Below, piece by piece: positions 28,438 through 43,471 of a stretch of DNA of 64,000 bases. Position 1 is the first letter of the stretch, and each line of letters begins with the position of its first letter. The translations under genes were made by a program, and so were the position numbers. The notes below the pieces were generated by a model. It saw only the letters and a list, made by a program, of their open reading frames with translations, made no database searches and was not told the origin of the DNA. This DNA is from the human T2T-CHM13v2.0 reference genome, Homo sapiens. The stretch is from NCBI RefSeq assembly GCF_009914755.1, contig NC_060947.1, one strand, 5' to 3'.

Positions 28438-28834
28438 GCATATGCTTTTTCCATCACAAATTATCTTCCAAGGTACATGTCTCTCTCTCCACGTTAGCAA
28501 ATGAGGTACATTTAAGGGTTTTCATATTCTGAGGTAATACCTTCAGGAACTTGGAGAAGAGAGTAAGATTAGAAATAGTTTAAAATCTCTATATTTAAAA
28601 TAAAAAGGGGAGGGACTTGGAGAAGGGCTACTTCGATAAAACCTCAGTATGAAAACGGGGAAATCTGAGAGTACAATTGGCTCCTAGAAGGTTGGTTAGC
28701 AAAAATATAATACATTTTTAAATAGAAGCAATGATAAGAGCAGCAGTTAAATACATTAGAAAAGATAAAGTATATTAGGCTATCAGGCTCTCACTTCCAC
28801 CTATATTCCCCATTTAAAAAAATTTTTCTTCAGC

Positions 28835-28884
28835 TTTTTTTTTTTTTGAGACAGGGTCTCACTCTGTTGCCCAGGCTGGAGTGG
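28835..28884 (-). mobile_element. Short Alu fragment
   Basis: T-run plus gagacagggtctcactctgttgcccaggctggagtg. Confidence 0.85.
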
Positions 28885-28889
28885 TAAAC

Positions 28890-30056
28890 ATACACAGTGT
28901 TTGTTTATTTTTAACAAACTGCCAAACTATTTTCCAGACTGATATTCTTTTCAGTAATGTACGAGTGATCCCATTTCTCCACATTTTTGCTAGTTATTTG
29001 GTGGTAGTGTCACTATTTTTTATTTCAGACACTCTGAAAAATGTGTAGTTTTATCTCACTGTGGTTTCAATTTATATTTGCTTGATGTCTAGTGATATTT
29101 AATATCTTTTCCATATGTTTGTCATTTATATATACTATTCAGTAAAATGTCTCTTCGTGCCTTTGGCTCATTTCCTAATTAATTTATTTTTGGATTTTTG
29201 CTTTTGAGTTTTCTAAGTTCTTCGTATATAGTCCCTGTTTTTGCAACTGATATGCAAATATTTTCTCCCATTCTGTACCTTGTATTTCACTTCTTAAGAG
29301 GATCCTTTTCAGATCAAAAGTTTTAATTTTAACGAAGTCCAATTTATCAGTTTTTCTTTTTTATGGATTGTGCTATTTGTGTAAAGTGTAAAAAGTCTTT
29401 GCCTCAGTCACAAAATTTTCTCCCATATGTTTTTCTAAAATATTTGTAGTTTTATGTTTTATATTTGACATTTGAGATAATTTTGCATAAGACTTAAGTT
29501 GAGGCTCTATTTATTTACTTATATATTTATGGGTGGGCTTTGTTTGTTTTGCCTTTAGATGTCTACTTGCTCAAACACCACTCACTTAGAAAAAACGCAC
29601 ACTATTTGTTGAAAAGGCTATAGAAATGGAAAGGCTGTTAAAATTCCTCCTTGGAATTGCTTTCACAACTTTTTAAAAAATGAGTTTGCACATATTTGTG
29701 CGGGTCTATTTCTGGAATCTCTATTCTATTGCATTGAACTATGCGTCTATCTCTCCCCCAATTCCACACTGTCTTGATTACTGTAGCTACATAATAAGCC
29801 TTAATATTTAGTGGAGTGATTCTTTCCACTTTATTCTTCTTTGTCAAGATTGTATTAGCTATTATCAGGCTTGTACTTTTCCGTATAAATTTAGAATAAG
29901 CTGATCCAAGTCTACTAAAAAGACCTTGCTGGTATTTTAGTAGAAATGGCATTAAAACTATAGATTAATTTGGAGATAATTGACATCTTTACCATGTTGA
30001 GTATTCCAATCCATTAGCAGAGTATATCTCTCCATTTATAAGTTAATTTTTTATCA
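28890..30056 (-). mobile_element. Old L1M ORF2 fragment
   Basis: ORF 29638-29952 gives IKAYYVATVIKTVWNW...IEIPEIDPHKY, L1 ORF2-like. Confidence 0.85.
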
Positions 30057-31125
30057 TGCTGTGTTTTTCAACAGTGTTTTGCATTGAGATTAGACTGTGT
30101 TTTCATATTTCTAATATACTTACAATGTGCTATTGTCTGCTATGCATGTGATTACACAAAGATTGCGAACATAGCAAAAGGTCTAAAATTATGATTTAGA
30201 AAAGAAAGCAGATTTTAAAAACCTAAACGACTATAGCTAAATATACACCATATGTGTATGATGTTGAAATAATTTTAAGTAATAAGATTATAATTGTTTA
30301 TAGAGGGATTGATAGAGACCTGTAATTTTTCATGAATGCAAAATATATTTTAATTACATTAAAGTCATGCATCAGAGTGTTTTTTAATTACTTTTCTTTA
30401 GCCTACAGTTTTATGATACATGTTGTAAAATGAAGACTGGTCCTTGCTTATATTGCAGTATTAACCTGTATCATAAAACAGATGACAAACTCTTAGAACT
30501 AAGAGCACTAAATTTAAAAGTGAACAAGAAATGAATTCTTAAGTATCTTAAAACCCTAAAGGCATTTTTAAAAATAAATATATATTTTATTTCATCATAC
30601 ATTGTGGATGTAGAGTCATTGGTGAGAAATATATCCCCTGCATTATAACAATATAATTATTGGAAAGTATAATATTCTTTTAATATCTAATTCAACATGG
30701 AATAATAGATTTTCAGCAAAAGGAGGGAGTTGCATATATCTGACCTTTATTGACAGGCCTTTTTGTCTCCAGTAATTACCCAATCTCTATGCGATTCAGT
30801 GTTCTTAAGGAAATCCAACTTTTCTTGCTCTTAATTATTTGTTTCCACAAAATACTAGCCAAACACATAGCTATTAGGTCTATGTGAGGTGGACGTATAC
30901 ATCAAAATTTCTTCACAGCCACTTAACCAACGTGCTAAGTTTTCCAGAATCCAAAACAAATCAGTTTAAGAGGTAGGTATGCAAAGACCCTGTAATACTC
31001 TAGATTTTAAAAAAGTATCCTTAGTTAAGTACCATGAGAAAATGAGCTAGTTTATGTGCTATGTTAGGAACATAATAGCCAAAAAAAATAAAAAATAAAT
31101 AACAGTTGGAATCAGGCACCTTGGT
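29880..31125. repeat. Copy B of an ancient local duplication
   Basis: Colinear matches to 14410-17415; see findings. Confidence 0.8.
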
Positions 31126-31639
31126 ACTTCATGAGTATTTTGCAACAGTATAATAGGGCCTTTCAGTAATGATGTGCTTGCATAGAAATACATGAAAATT
31201 ACACAAATTTGATATTTTTAGTAACTGAATTTAGTTTAGTTTTGTAAACTCAGAACTCAAGGGTGACGTGCATATGTGCGTGGAGTGACTTACACATACA
31301 TACACAAGCAATCATATGTACAACTTGGGCTCTTAGAAAGTAGGGCACATTGTCACCAGTTGAATTGTCATATGATTCCTGATTTAAATGATAAGTCGTT
31401 CCAATTTCTTCAACCCTTACTTCTTGAGCGAACAGTCCATATGCAAATCAGTATGGAGTGGCAAACTTTAATCTCACGTTCTAGTGAGTATTTTATACTA
31501 AAAACCACCAGATAGAGTCATGAAAAGTAGAAATTGTTTATATATACACAAACGCATTTTCTTAAAGTAACTATGAGTTTCATTTACTTTCATCTTATAC
31601 TTTGTTACTTCAAAGGGAGAAGTTACTGATTTTTCTTAT

Positions 31640-32150
31640 CTCCCTTTATCAGCCATGTCCCTGGCAAGAAATAGAATTCAACATGGATGGTTCAATAAAA
31701 CAGTACAAAGGAACTACTTTCAGAGGTGTGAATGGGCTTAAAGAAACCAAAAGGGGCTATCGAGGCACCTAGAGACAACCTCCAGTAGGCAATTGTGATA
31801 TACCTTTCCCAGCCTTACCATGCCTGAAGAGTCAAGTGAAGGAAGTAGGATTTTCTAAATCCAGTAAGAGATAGAGCCATAGAGGAGATTCTTAACAGGA
31901 TAGTTAGAGATATAAGCTGCCATGGTGGGAAATAAGGCACAAAGAGAGTGGAGGTCAATGTAAAAGGAATGTCCCAGATCTGCTCTCTTTCTGCCTTTCT
32001 GTCTTATGTTTATGCCTTCCATTGGCCAAAACCAACAGGAGACTACTCGGCAAGGGAGCTAAGGAAATGCAATTTATAGGGGTCAGCTTCACAGTGACAG
32101 AGCAGAACAAAAAAGAGCATAAAATGGATTGGGCCAAGCCAGCAAGAAAA
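31640..32150. mobile_element. ERVL-type solo LTR (LTR33/LTR41-like)
   Basis: aaaggaactactttcagaggtgtg...gccttccattggccaaaaccaacagga...aggaaatgcaatttatagggg. Confidence 0.6.
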
Positions 32151-32159
32151 GAGTGTACT

Positions 32160-32575
32160 GAAATATTTAAAATTTAGAGAGAAAAAATAAATCCACCAAC
32201 CTAAAATGCTGTATTGGTGAAATTATCCTTCAAAAGTAAAAGAGAAATGAATACTTTATCAGACAAACACGCTGAGGGAATTTGCTGCCAGTAGATCTGC
32301 CTTGCAAGAAATGTCAAAAGAAGGACTTCAGAGAAAAAGAAAATGATGTAAGTCAGAAACTTAGATCTACATAAAGAAAGGAAGTACATTAGAGAAGGAA
32401 AAAATGAAAGTAAAACAAAATTATCTATTCTTCCTATTCCTGATTGATCTAATAAATATTTGTTCAATATAATAACAGCAAGAAGAAACATTGGATGATT
32501 AGAGCTTATGGATAAGAGAAACGAATGCCAGTAATGTTACAAAGGTTCAAGAAGGAAGAGTTGGGAATATTCTGT
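32160..32575 (+). mobile_element. L1M ORF1-end/inter-ORF fragment
   Basis: gtgaaattatccttcaaaagtaaaagagaaat...ctgagggaatttgctgccagtagatctgcc. Confidence 0.75.
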
Positions 32576-32732
32576 GTGGGAAAAAACGGATTGGAGTGGG
32601 AGCAGAAAAACAAAAATCACAATTCCTTTACGTAAATTAACATCAGAACCATCCTCTAATTAGGAGTTCAAGTTCAACTTCACTTGGTTGTAATCATAAT
32701 TTCAATTCTTTCTCTTCTTAAAAGCTAAAGGA

Positions 32733-32956
32733 GCCAGGTGCGGAGTCTCACACCTGTAATCCTAGCACTTTGGGAGGCCGAGAGGGGCAGATCACTTGAG
32801 GTCAGGAGTTTGAGACCAGCATGGTCAACATGTTGAAACCCCTTCTCTACTAAAAATACAAAAAATTAGCCGAGCATGGTGGCGGGCGCCTGCAGTCCCA
32901 GCTACTCAAGAGACTGAGGCATGAGAATCGCTTAAACCCAGCAGGTGGAGGCTGCA
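32733..32956 (+). mobile_element. AluS, 3'-truncated
   Basis: Alu left arm plus part of the right arm, ending at gaggctgca with no tail. Confidence 0.92.
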
Positions 32957-32984
32957 TTTTAATTATTTATTCATCTGATGATGG

Positions 32985-33345
32985 ACAGAATCTAAAAAAG
33001 TTGAACTCATAGAAATACAGATTAGAATGAAGATTACCACAGAAATGGCGGAAGGGTCCTACCGGGAAAAGAAAGATGTTGATCAAAGGGTACGAATTTT
33101 TAGTTAGGTAGGAGGAAGAAGCTTTAGTGATCTATTGTACATGATGGTGACTATAATATATCATAATGCATCATATATTTCAAAATTGCTGAAATAGTGG
33201 ATTTTAATATTTTCACCACAAAAAAAATATGAGGTAACAGATTCATTAACCTGATTTAATCACTCTGCATTGTAAGCATATATCAAAGCACCATATTGTA
33301 ACCTATAAATACAAACAAATATTAATTGTCAATGAAAAAGAAATT
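32985..33345 (+). mobile_element. L1MA 3' end
   Basis: aatctaaaaaagttgaactcatagaa...gttgatcaaagggtac. Confidence 0.8.
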
Positions 33346-33369
33346 TAAAAATAAACGACAACATCAATA

Positions 33370-34130
33370 CGACATATGAGACTACCATTATAGTCCAAAA
33401 AGTGCACTCCTGGGCATTTATCCCAGAGAAATGAAGACTTATGTTCACACAAATCCTGTACATTAGGGTTCACAGCAATTTTATTAGTAACAGCCCCACA
33501 CTGTAAACAACAATATCTCTCAGTCAGTGAATGGTGAAACTGTAGGATGTCCACAACCATAAATAAATCAGCAACATATATTAGTAATAAAAAGTAACAA
33601 ACTATTGCAATATGCAACAATTTAGATGGATCATTAAGCAATTATGCTGGCTGAAAAAAGCTAGTTCGAAAGGATTAAATACCATACAATTCTATTTGCA
33701 TAATATTCTTGAAATGACAAAATTATAGACATGAAGAACAGATTAATGGTTGCCACATGTTAGGCATGGGACAGGGTGACAAGAGGAAGCTTGATGATTT
33801 TATTAAAGGTCAACAGGAGAGATCTTTGTGGTCATGTAACATCCGTATTTTGACTGTCGTGGTGGACGCACTAATCTACATGTGTAAAAATTGCATTTAA
33901 CTAAATATATACACACACATGAGTATAGGTAAAACTGGGAAAATCTGAATTAGAGAGGTTAATTGTAACAAAATCCTCATTATAATGTTTGAATATAATT
34001 TGCAAGATATTACAATTGGGGATAACCGAGCAAAAGCCACACAGGATATTTCACATAGGATCTTTTATATTATTTTTTACAACTGTTCTTAACTCTACAA
34101 CTCTTTGAAAATAAAATGTTTAACTTTTAA
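33370..34130 (+). mobile_element. L1MD-like 3' end
   Basis: cactcctgggcatttatcccagagaaatgaagacttatgttcacac...3'UTR. Confidence 0.8.
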
Positions 34131-34409
34131 AAAGTTTCTCAAGCTTGCTTAGCTTGTGTCAGAGCTTGGATTCCAATGCAGATATGAAGCCAGAGCCCTT
34201 GCTTCCTGTCATTGCTCTATACCGGTCCTCAGAGTTCCCAGGACGCAGGAAGGTAGATTGGAATTGCACTGCAGGCACAATTTAACCACCATAACAGATA
34301 TCCTAAATTATTTTTTTATTTTTAATTTTTGTGAGTACACAATAGATGTACATATTTAGCGGTACATAAATTCTAAGCTACCAATAGATTTTAGATCATA
34401 TGGTCTTGT

Positions 34410-34700
34410 AAAATAGTATGAGCATGCAACGGTTAGGATCATGCTGCCAACCTCTACCACTTAATAGATGGGTGTGTGTGTGTGTTTGTGTGTGCGTCTA
34501 TGTGTGTGTGTGTCTGTGTGTATTTGTGAATGTGTGACACCTTGGAGAAGAAAATTTTTCACACCTCAGTTTCCCCAATTGTTAAATGAGGGATAACAAC
34601 TGTTGCTAACTCACTGAGTTACAAATGACTTAATATCGACAATGCACTTAGAATACCACCCAGAACATACTAAGTTGTATGTGTTAGATATTATTATTAC
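34410..34700 (+). mobile_element. MIR with internal imperfect (TG)n (34471-34536)
   Basis: cctcagtttccccaattgttaaatgaggggataac...gcacttagaata. Confidence 0.75.
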
Positions 34701-34829
34701 TACTACTGATTGCAGAAATGATAAAATATGAAAAATGTTCTTTTAGAAGAAATGTGGCAAACACACTGACATGATTCAATGAACAGCAGTCTAGATTATG
34801 TATATTGTCTTATAATTTTATCATCTACG

Positions 34830-35459
34830 TGACCTAAGTATTAGCCACCGCTGCCATTCCAAGAGTCGATTTTTTGTAAAATTCTGGGAAAAGAGATTTT
34901 GCTTCTCACATTTACTCCTAAGTCAGAAGTCTATTGGGTAATCACTTCTCTGGGTTTAGATCCCTCCTGGCCACTCTCAGTGATTCTTTCGCCCAGGCCA
35001 CTGTTCGCTAAGCTTGTCACCACATGGATTTACTGGACAATTGTCCATTTACTGGACAATGGCTCTTCCTAGTGTGCTGCTGCCCCTCAGCATGGGCTTC
35101 AGCCCCACACCAAACATGGAACAGGCTCTCCTCCTGTTACTACTCACCCTTATAGTCCCCACAACTCCATCAGAGAGTTCTGTAGGAATACTGGCCTTTA
35201 CTGGAGGGTTGGGATTGGGGGTAACTAAGAGAATTACGTTAAGGGATGGAGAAAGGCCAAACTCTATACTAACAATGGCTTGGTCTTGTGTTGTGTAGCA
35301 GAAAAGCAGGAAAAAATTAACCCCTACACAACGTTTTTTGTGAGCACGCACCAGTTCCTATTCTTATTCTTTCCTATTGAAGGCTATGGGCTTCCTTTCT
35401 AAAAGGCCTCCATTTTCAAGCTAGAAATGACTGCCTTCCTTCAGGGAAATTCCACCCCA
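34830..35459. mobile_element. Probable ancient LTR, family unassigned
   Basis: About 630 bp with higher GC than the flanks, ending in ...CA; not Alu, L1 or MIR. Confidence 0.35.
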
Positions 35460-35526
35460 TAATAGGAAACATTGATCATTTACTATATGCCAAGTATTGA
35501 TCTAAGCAACTCATCAGAATTAACTA

Positions 35527-35701
35527 CTGTATTTAATTGATTCTGAGATGACATTTCACATTTTAACATTTCTAAAATCAATATGTCTTAAAATCATTAG
35601 TGTATAGCGTTTAGGGGTATCCTGTTTTTTAATTTGTTAGTCCTACACACAACAATGGTCTATCTTGCAATTTATTATTTCTTAGATTCAATGACATACA
35701 G
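35527..35701. mobile_element. MER104-like Tc2 MITE inserted in a MIR
   Basis: TIRs CTGTATTTAATTGATTCTGAG / CTTAGATTCAATGACATACAG, with TA on the left; 175 bp. Confidence 0.7.
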
Positions 35702-35734
35702 CAATATAGTTTTCACAACAGTTTAATCATTTAG

Positions 35735-35885
35735 GGACTTATTTTATCAACATTTTATAGATGTCACAATCGAGTCTCAGAGGTGATACACACCTAGCAA
35801 CCTCAAGGTTGCTCAAGGTCACACAGCTAGTCAATGGTAGATTTAATCCCAGATAGCCTGATCCAAGAGCCTGTACCCTTAGAAT
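35735..35885 (-). mobile_element. MIR (continues at ~35470-35525)
   Basis: cattttatagatg...ctcaaggtcacacagctagtcaatggtagatttaatcccag. Confidence 0.75.
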
Positions 35886-35957
35886 ATAATCTGCTCCTCC
35901 CAGATTAGCACCATCTCCCATGGGTCCCCATTAATTAGCAAGGACAGCCTAATCTAA

Positions 35958-36748
<791 letters not shown>

Positions 36749-37284
36749 TAGCAGGTCCTTTACAGAACCACCTACCACAAAGATGACTACACTTTGCCTA
36801 CACAAAAAGCTGGCAGAAGCTTTTTGCTTTATTTTGGAGGCCTTATCAAACACCAGGGCAGAATGATCTGTAATCTCTGAGGTGAGAAGCTAGTGAGGAT
36901 TAACCACTTTTCTCTCCTAGCAAAAACTCCCAAATGGTGAGGCTAGTGGGGAAGGACCGGGTGGTAGTGTTATTGTTCTTCCAGTTACATGTATTTGTAA
37001 TATTATTCAATGTACCTTATCTATTAATTATGTATATTTTATCAGCTCATTCCCCATCCAACTGTGACAGAGGGAAGTGTGACACAAGAAGTAGTGATTA
37101 AATATCTCAACATGTTCATGCATCCAGCGAGCAAAAACCCAGACTACTTTGAAGTAAGGATAGACTATGTCAGCCCCATTACCAAATATTTGAGGGAAAC
37201 GGTTGTACAATATAAAACCATTTCTGAATTTTAGAGGAGTCAAATATAAGGTTTCCAAATAATATAAAACGCACGCCATTGGTT

Positions 37285-37372
37285 TCCTCCCTCCCTCCCT
37301 CCCCTTCCTCCCTCCTTCCCTCCCTTCCTCCCTTCCTTCCCTCCCTCCCTCCCTCTTTCTTTTTCTTTCTCT
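37285..37372. repeat. Polypyrimidine (CCCT/CCTT)n tract
   Basis: About 90 nt of pure C/T next to an Alu tail. Confidence 0.95.
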
Positions 37373-37764
<392 letters not shown>

Positions 37765-38477
37765 TGAAGATTATGGCATTTCATTTCTATTTGTGAAGTG
37801 GGCACGGATATATTAAAAATATAGAAAATCTTACTGTTCTCATTTAAAATTTTTTCACGATATACATCACATTTCATACAAAATGAAAATATGTATTGCT
37901 CGATTTTGATATATCTTGTACTTGATTGTCAATTAAAATGAATTAATTTTTGTATTGAAAAATTTAGTAATAAAAACTGAGAATGTGAACTACACACCCA
38001 TATACGTGCACAACAAAAGCTTAACATGGTATCTATAATAAGCCTACAGAGTTCTTTTAAACTAAACATAATAGTTGCCAAAAGGGATTCATAGCTTTTG
38101 AATTGATTTAAAATTAACCTCCCTGTCACTTCCAAATGAATTTCCATTTATGTAACATAAAATTGTCCCATGACAAAACTTTCAGCCGGAATACATTTAT
38201 TCCTTCTTGAGTCTATCATTTGCAAAGCACTATGGTGTGCCACTTGGAAAGGGATCTAAATTAGAATTTTTCCCAAAAGCCATAACCAGGTATATGACAT
38301 GCAGCATTTTAAAGGGTACTCTTGAATTCATTTTGATGCCTGTACTCACTTGAGCACATATGTTTTACAACTTTGAAGACCTCCCTCTCTTAGCTGGGTT
38401 CTAGCTCACACAATGCTCCAGCATTGAAGATGTTGAAAAAAGATGTGTCTGAATATTCACACACACACAAGTGATAA

Positions 38478-38770
38478 TACCTACATAATACTGGGTTGAT
38501 GGTTTATTAAAACACAAGAAGCATCTAAACTGCCCCACAAATATCATGCATATTTAGAAATACCAGATTCATTTTGCATATCTTGTGGATTCCTTATACA
38601 GCACCCTCTCTCCCCCCTGTTTGTGTGTGTATGTGTGTGTGTGTTAATGTGTGTGTCTGTGTGTAGATGTGTAGAAGGAATCTAGTATTTCTAAATTCAC
38701 ATGATAATTGTGGGGCATTTTAGATGCTTTTTGTGATTGAATAAACCATTAACACAGTATTGTGTAAGTA
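38478..38770. repeat. Long imperfect inverted repeat (MITE-like); arms 38478-38570 and 38678-38770
   Basis: The reverse complement of the left arm aligns without gaps to the right arm. Confidence 0.9.
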
Positions 38771-39042
38771 GAATTATTCACATTTTGCAGATAAGAAAAC
38801 TGAGATTTAGTAAGTTTTTTGTCCAAAGCTATAACCGAGATTTTAAAGTCCTGTGACGTTAAACCCTAAAACATATGCTTTTAGTATCATAATCTTTACC
38901 ATGGTTACCAGATGACATGTTAAAAATCTGCTAAGTAAAGGATAGGACACCAATAACCCAAATTATTAAATGCTATCTAGGTTTAAGTGAGGGCTTCCAT
39001 CAATACTGAGAAAACTTTGCCTGCATGCACCCTTGCTACTTA

Positions 39043-39447
<405 letters not shown>

Positions 39448-39907
39448 CTACTGAAACAGACTCTAAAATTTAACAAGAACCCCAGATTATTTAGACACAG
39501 TTATGTATGCAACAGCTATATTCTACAGGTGTAACAAGAAACAAAGCTAAGGACCAATCTAAACATTTCCTAAGGAAAAAAAAAGGAGGGCAATACCTTT
39601 ACTTATTCCTTTATTACTTTCAAAAAGATTTTATAATGATTTGCTAAATTCTGTTCGCCCTGATCAGATAATATGTCTGCATCTAAGTTAAAAAAATCCA
39701 GAATCAAAATCAAACTTGTAAAATTCTTGTTTTCAAGCTTATTTTTTAAATGAACATAGAGAATTGTATGTATTTATTGTGTTCAACATGATGGTTTGAA
39801 GTACATATACATTGTGATATGGTTAAATCTAGCTAATTAACAAATGCATTCCCTCACATGTTATCATTTAACATCCACTCTCTTAGTATTTTTCATTTGA
39901 AAAAAAT

Positions 39908-40236
39908 TAGGTTGAGCATCCCTAATCCAAAAATACACACTCTGAAATGCTCCAAAATCTGAAACTTTTTGAGCACTGAAATGATGTCATACGTGGAAAA
40001 TTGGACATATAAGTATTTAATGCAAACTTTTTTTCAAGCACAAAACTGCTAAAAATACTGTATAAAATTACCTCAAAGTTACGTGTATAAAGTGCAGGAA
40101 AACATAAGTGAATTTGTGTTTAGTCTTGGGTCCCATGCCCAAGATACCTTATTATGTATATGTAAGCATTCCATAAAATCCCAAATCTGAAACACTTCAG
40201 GTCCCAAGCATTTTGGATAAGGAATACTCAATCCGT
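39908..40236. mobile_element. Tigger4b/MER46-type DNA transposon
   Basis: TIRs aggttgagcatccctaatccaaaa / ttttggataaggaatactcaatcc. Confidence 0.85.
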
Positions 40237-41724
40237 ATCATCATTAACTATAGTCACCATATTGTACAATAGATCTCTTGATTTTATTTCTCATATCTAA
40301 CTGTAAATATGTATTATTTAACCGTTATCTTCATAATCCTCCCTCTCTCTTAACTACCTCACCTTCTGGTAACCAACATTTTATTCTCTACTTTAAAATC
40401 AACCTTTTCAGATTCCGCATAAAGTAAGATAACGTGGTATTTTTTCTTTCTCTGCCTGGCTTATTTAACTTAATATCCTCCAGGTTCATTCATGTTGCTG
40501 CAAATGGCAGGTTTCATTCTCTTCATGGATGAACAGTATTCTATTGTGTACGTATACCACATTTTTTCTTTTATTCATTCACCAGTTGATGGACCCTTAG
40601 GTTGATTCCATATCTCAGCAATTGTGAATGTGCTGCAATAAACTTGGGTGTGCAGATATCTCTTCAACGTGTTGATTTCATTTCCTTTCGGTATATAGCC
40701 AGTAGTGGGACTGCTGGATCATATGTTAGTTCTAGTTTTAATTTTTTTGAGAAAGCCCCTACTGTTTTCAATAATGGTTATATTAATTCACATTCCCACC
40801 AACGGTGTGCAAGGGTTCCCTTTTCTCTACCTTCTCAGGAACACTTGTTATCTTTTGCCTTCTTGATGTCATTCTAACAGGTTTGAGTTGATATCTCACT
40901 GTGGATTTATTTACATTTACCTGATGTTTAATGATGCTGAACATGTTTTCGTATTCCTGTTGGCTATGTGAATGTCTTCTCTTGAGAAATGCCTGCTCAG
41001 ATCTTTTGCTCATTTTTAATTGGGTTATTTGTTTTCTTGCTATTTATTTGTTTGAGTTACTGATCTATTTTGGCTACTAACCCCTTATAAGATGTATGGT
41101 GTACAAATATTTCATCCCATTCTGTAGGTTTTCTCTTCACTCTGTTGATTCTTTCCTTTACTGTGCAGAACTTTTTGAGTTTGATGTAATCCCATTTGTC
41201 TATATTTGGTTTTGTTTCCTGTGCTTTTGAGGTCATATCCAGAAAATTTTTGCCCAGATCATAGTCATGGAGACTTCCCTTATGTTTCCTTCTGGTAGTC
41301 TTATAGTTTCAGGTCTTACGTTTATGCCTTTAATCCATTATGAGTTAATTTTTGTACATGGTCTGATATAAGGGTCTAATTTTTTCTGCATGTGGATATC
41401 TATTTTTTCCAGCACCATTTATTGAGAAGATTGTTCTTTTCGCATTGGATATACCTGGTACCATTGTTGAAAATCAGCTGGCTATAATTCTGTGGATTTA
41501 TTTCTGGCCTCTGTTTTATTCCATTGGTCTATGTGTCTGTTTTTATGCCAGCACCATCTGTTTTGGTTACCATAGCTTTGTAGTATATTTTGGTGTCAAG
41601 TAGTGTGATGACACCAGTTTTGTTCTTTTTGCTCAACATTATTTTGGGTCTTCAAGCTCTTTTGTGGTTCCAATTTCTGTAAAAAATGTCACTGGTGTTT
41701 TGATAAAGATTGCATTGACTGTAG

Positions 41725-42201
<477 letters not shown>

Positions 42202-42224
42202 TAGCTATTGTAAATGGGATTTTT

Positions 42225-43360
42225 TAAAAATTTATTTTTTATTTTCCCTAAGTTATTGGGGTACAGGTGGTATTTGATTGCATGACTAAGTTCTTTAGTG
42301 GTGATTTGTGAGATTTTGGTGCACCCATCACCCAAGCAGTATACACAGCACCGTATTTGTAGTCTTTTATCCCTTGCCTCCCCCAACTCTTCTCCCCAAG
42401 TCCCCAAAGTCCATTGTATTATTCTTATGCCTTTGTGTTCTTATAGCTTATCTCCTACATATCAGTGAGAACACACGATGTTTGGTTTTCCATTCCTGAG
42501 TTACTTCACTTAGAATAATAGTCTCCAATCTCATCCAGGTCACTGCAAATGCTGTTAATTTCTTCCTTTTTGTGGCCACAGTTATACCACAGTTTCTCTT
42601 TATCCACTCGTTGATTGATGGGCCTTTGGGTTGGTTCCACGATTTTGCAATTGCGCTTTGTGTTGCTGTAAACTTGTGTGTGCAAGTATCTTTTACATAT
42701 AATAACTTATTTTTGTCTGGGTAGATATCTGGTAGTGGGATTGCTGAATCAAATGGTAGTTCTACTTTTAGTTATTTAAGGAATCTCCACACTGTTTTCC
42801 ATAGCGGTTGTATACTAGTCTACATCCCCACCAGCAGTGTAGAAGTGTTCCCTGATCACCACATCCATGCCAACATCTACCGTTTTTTGATTTTTTGATT
42901 ATGGCCATTCTTGCAGGAGTAAGGTGGTATCACATCGTGGTTTTGATTTGCATTTCCCTGATCATTAGTGATGTTGAGCATTTTTTCATATGTTTGTTGG
43001 CCATCTGTAGATCTTCTTTAGGGAATTGTCTATTCATATCCTTAGAACACTTTTTGATGGGATTGTTTGTTTCCTTCTTACTGATTTGTTTGTGTTCATT
43101 GTAGATTCTGGATATTAGTCCTCTGTCAGATGTATAGATTGTGAAGATTTTCTACCGCTCTGTGTGTTGTCTGTTTGTTTACTCTGCTGACTGTTCCTTT
43201 TGCCCTGCAAAAGCTCTTTAGTTTCATTAGGCCCCAGCTATTTATCTTTGTTTTTACTGCATTTGCTTTTGGGTTCTTGGTCATGAAATCCTTGCCTAAG
43301 CCAATGTCTAGAAGGGTTTTTCCAATGTTATCTTCTAGAATTTTTATAGTTTCAGGTCTG
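42225..43360 (-). mobile_element. L1PB1-like 3' fragment nested in L1MA
   Basis: ttattggggtacaggtggtatttg...gattttggtgcacccatcaccc. Confidence 0.85.
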
Positions 43361-43471
43361 GATTTCTTTTTCAGATAGATTGCTATGGGAATGCTACTGA
43401 TATGTTGATTTTGTATCCTGCAATTTTACTGAATTTGTTTATTATTTCTAACAGTTTTTGGTGGAATTTTT

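Noticed and set aside
35014-35351. Overlapping 94-aa and 100-aa ORFs, one with a hydrophobic leucine-rich stretch
   Set aside because: No recognisable homology or exon context, and the minus-strand ORF starts at GTG; likely chance ORFs in an LTR-like block.
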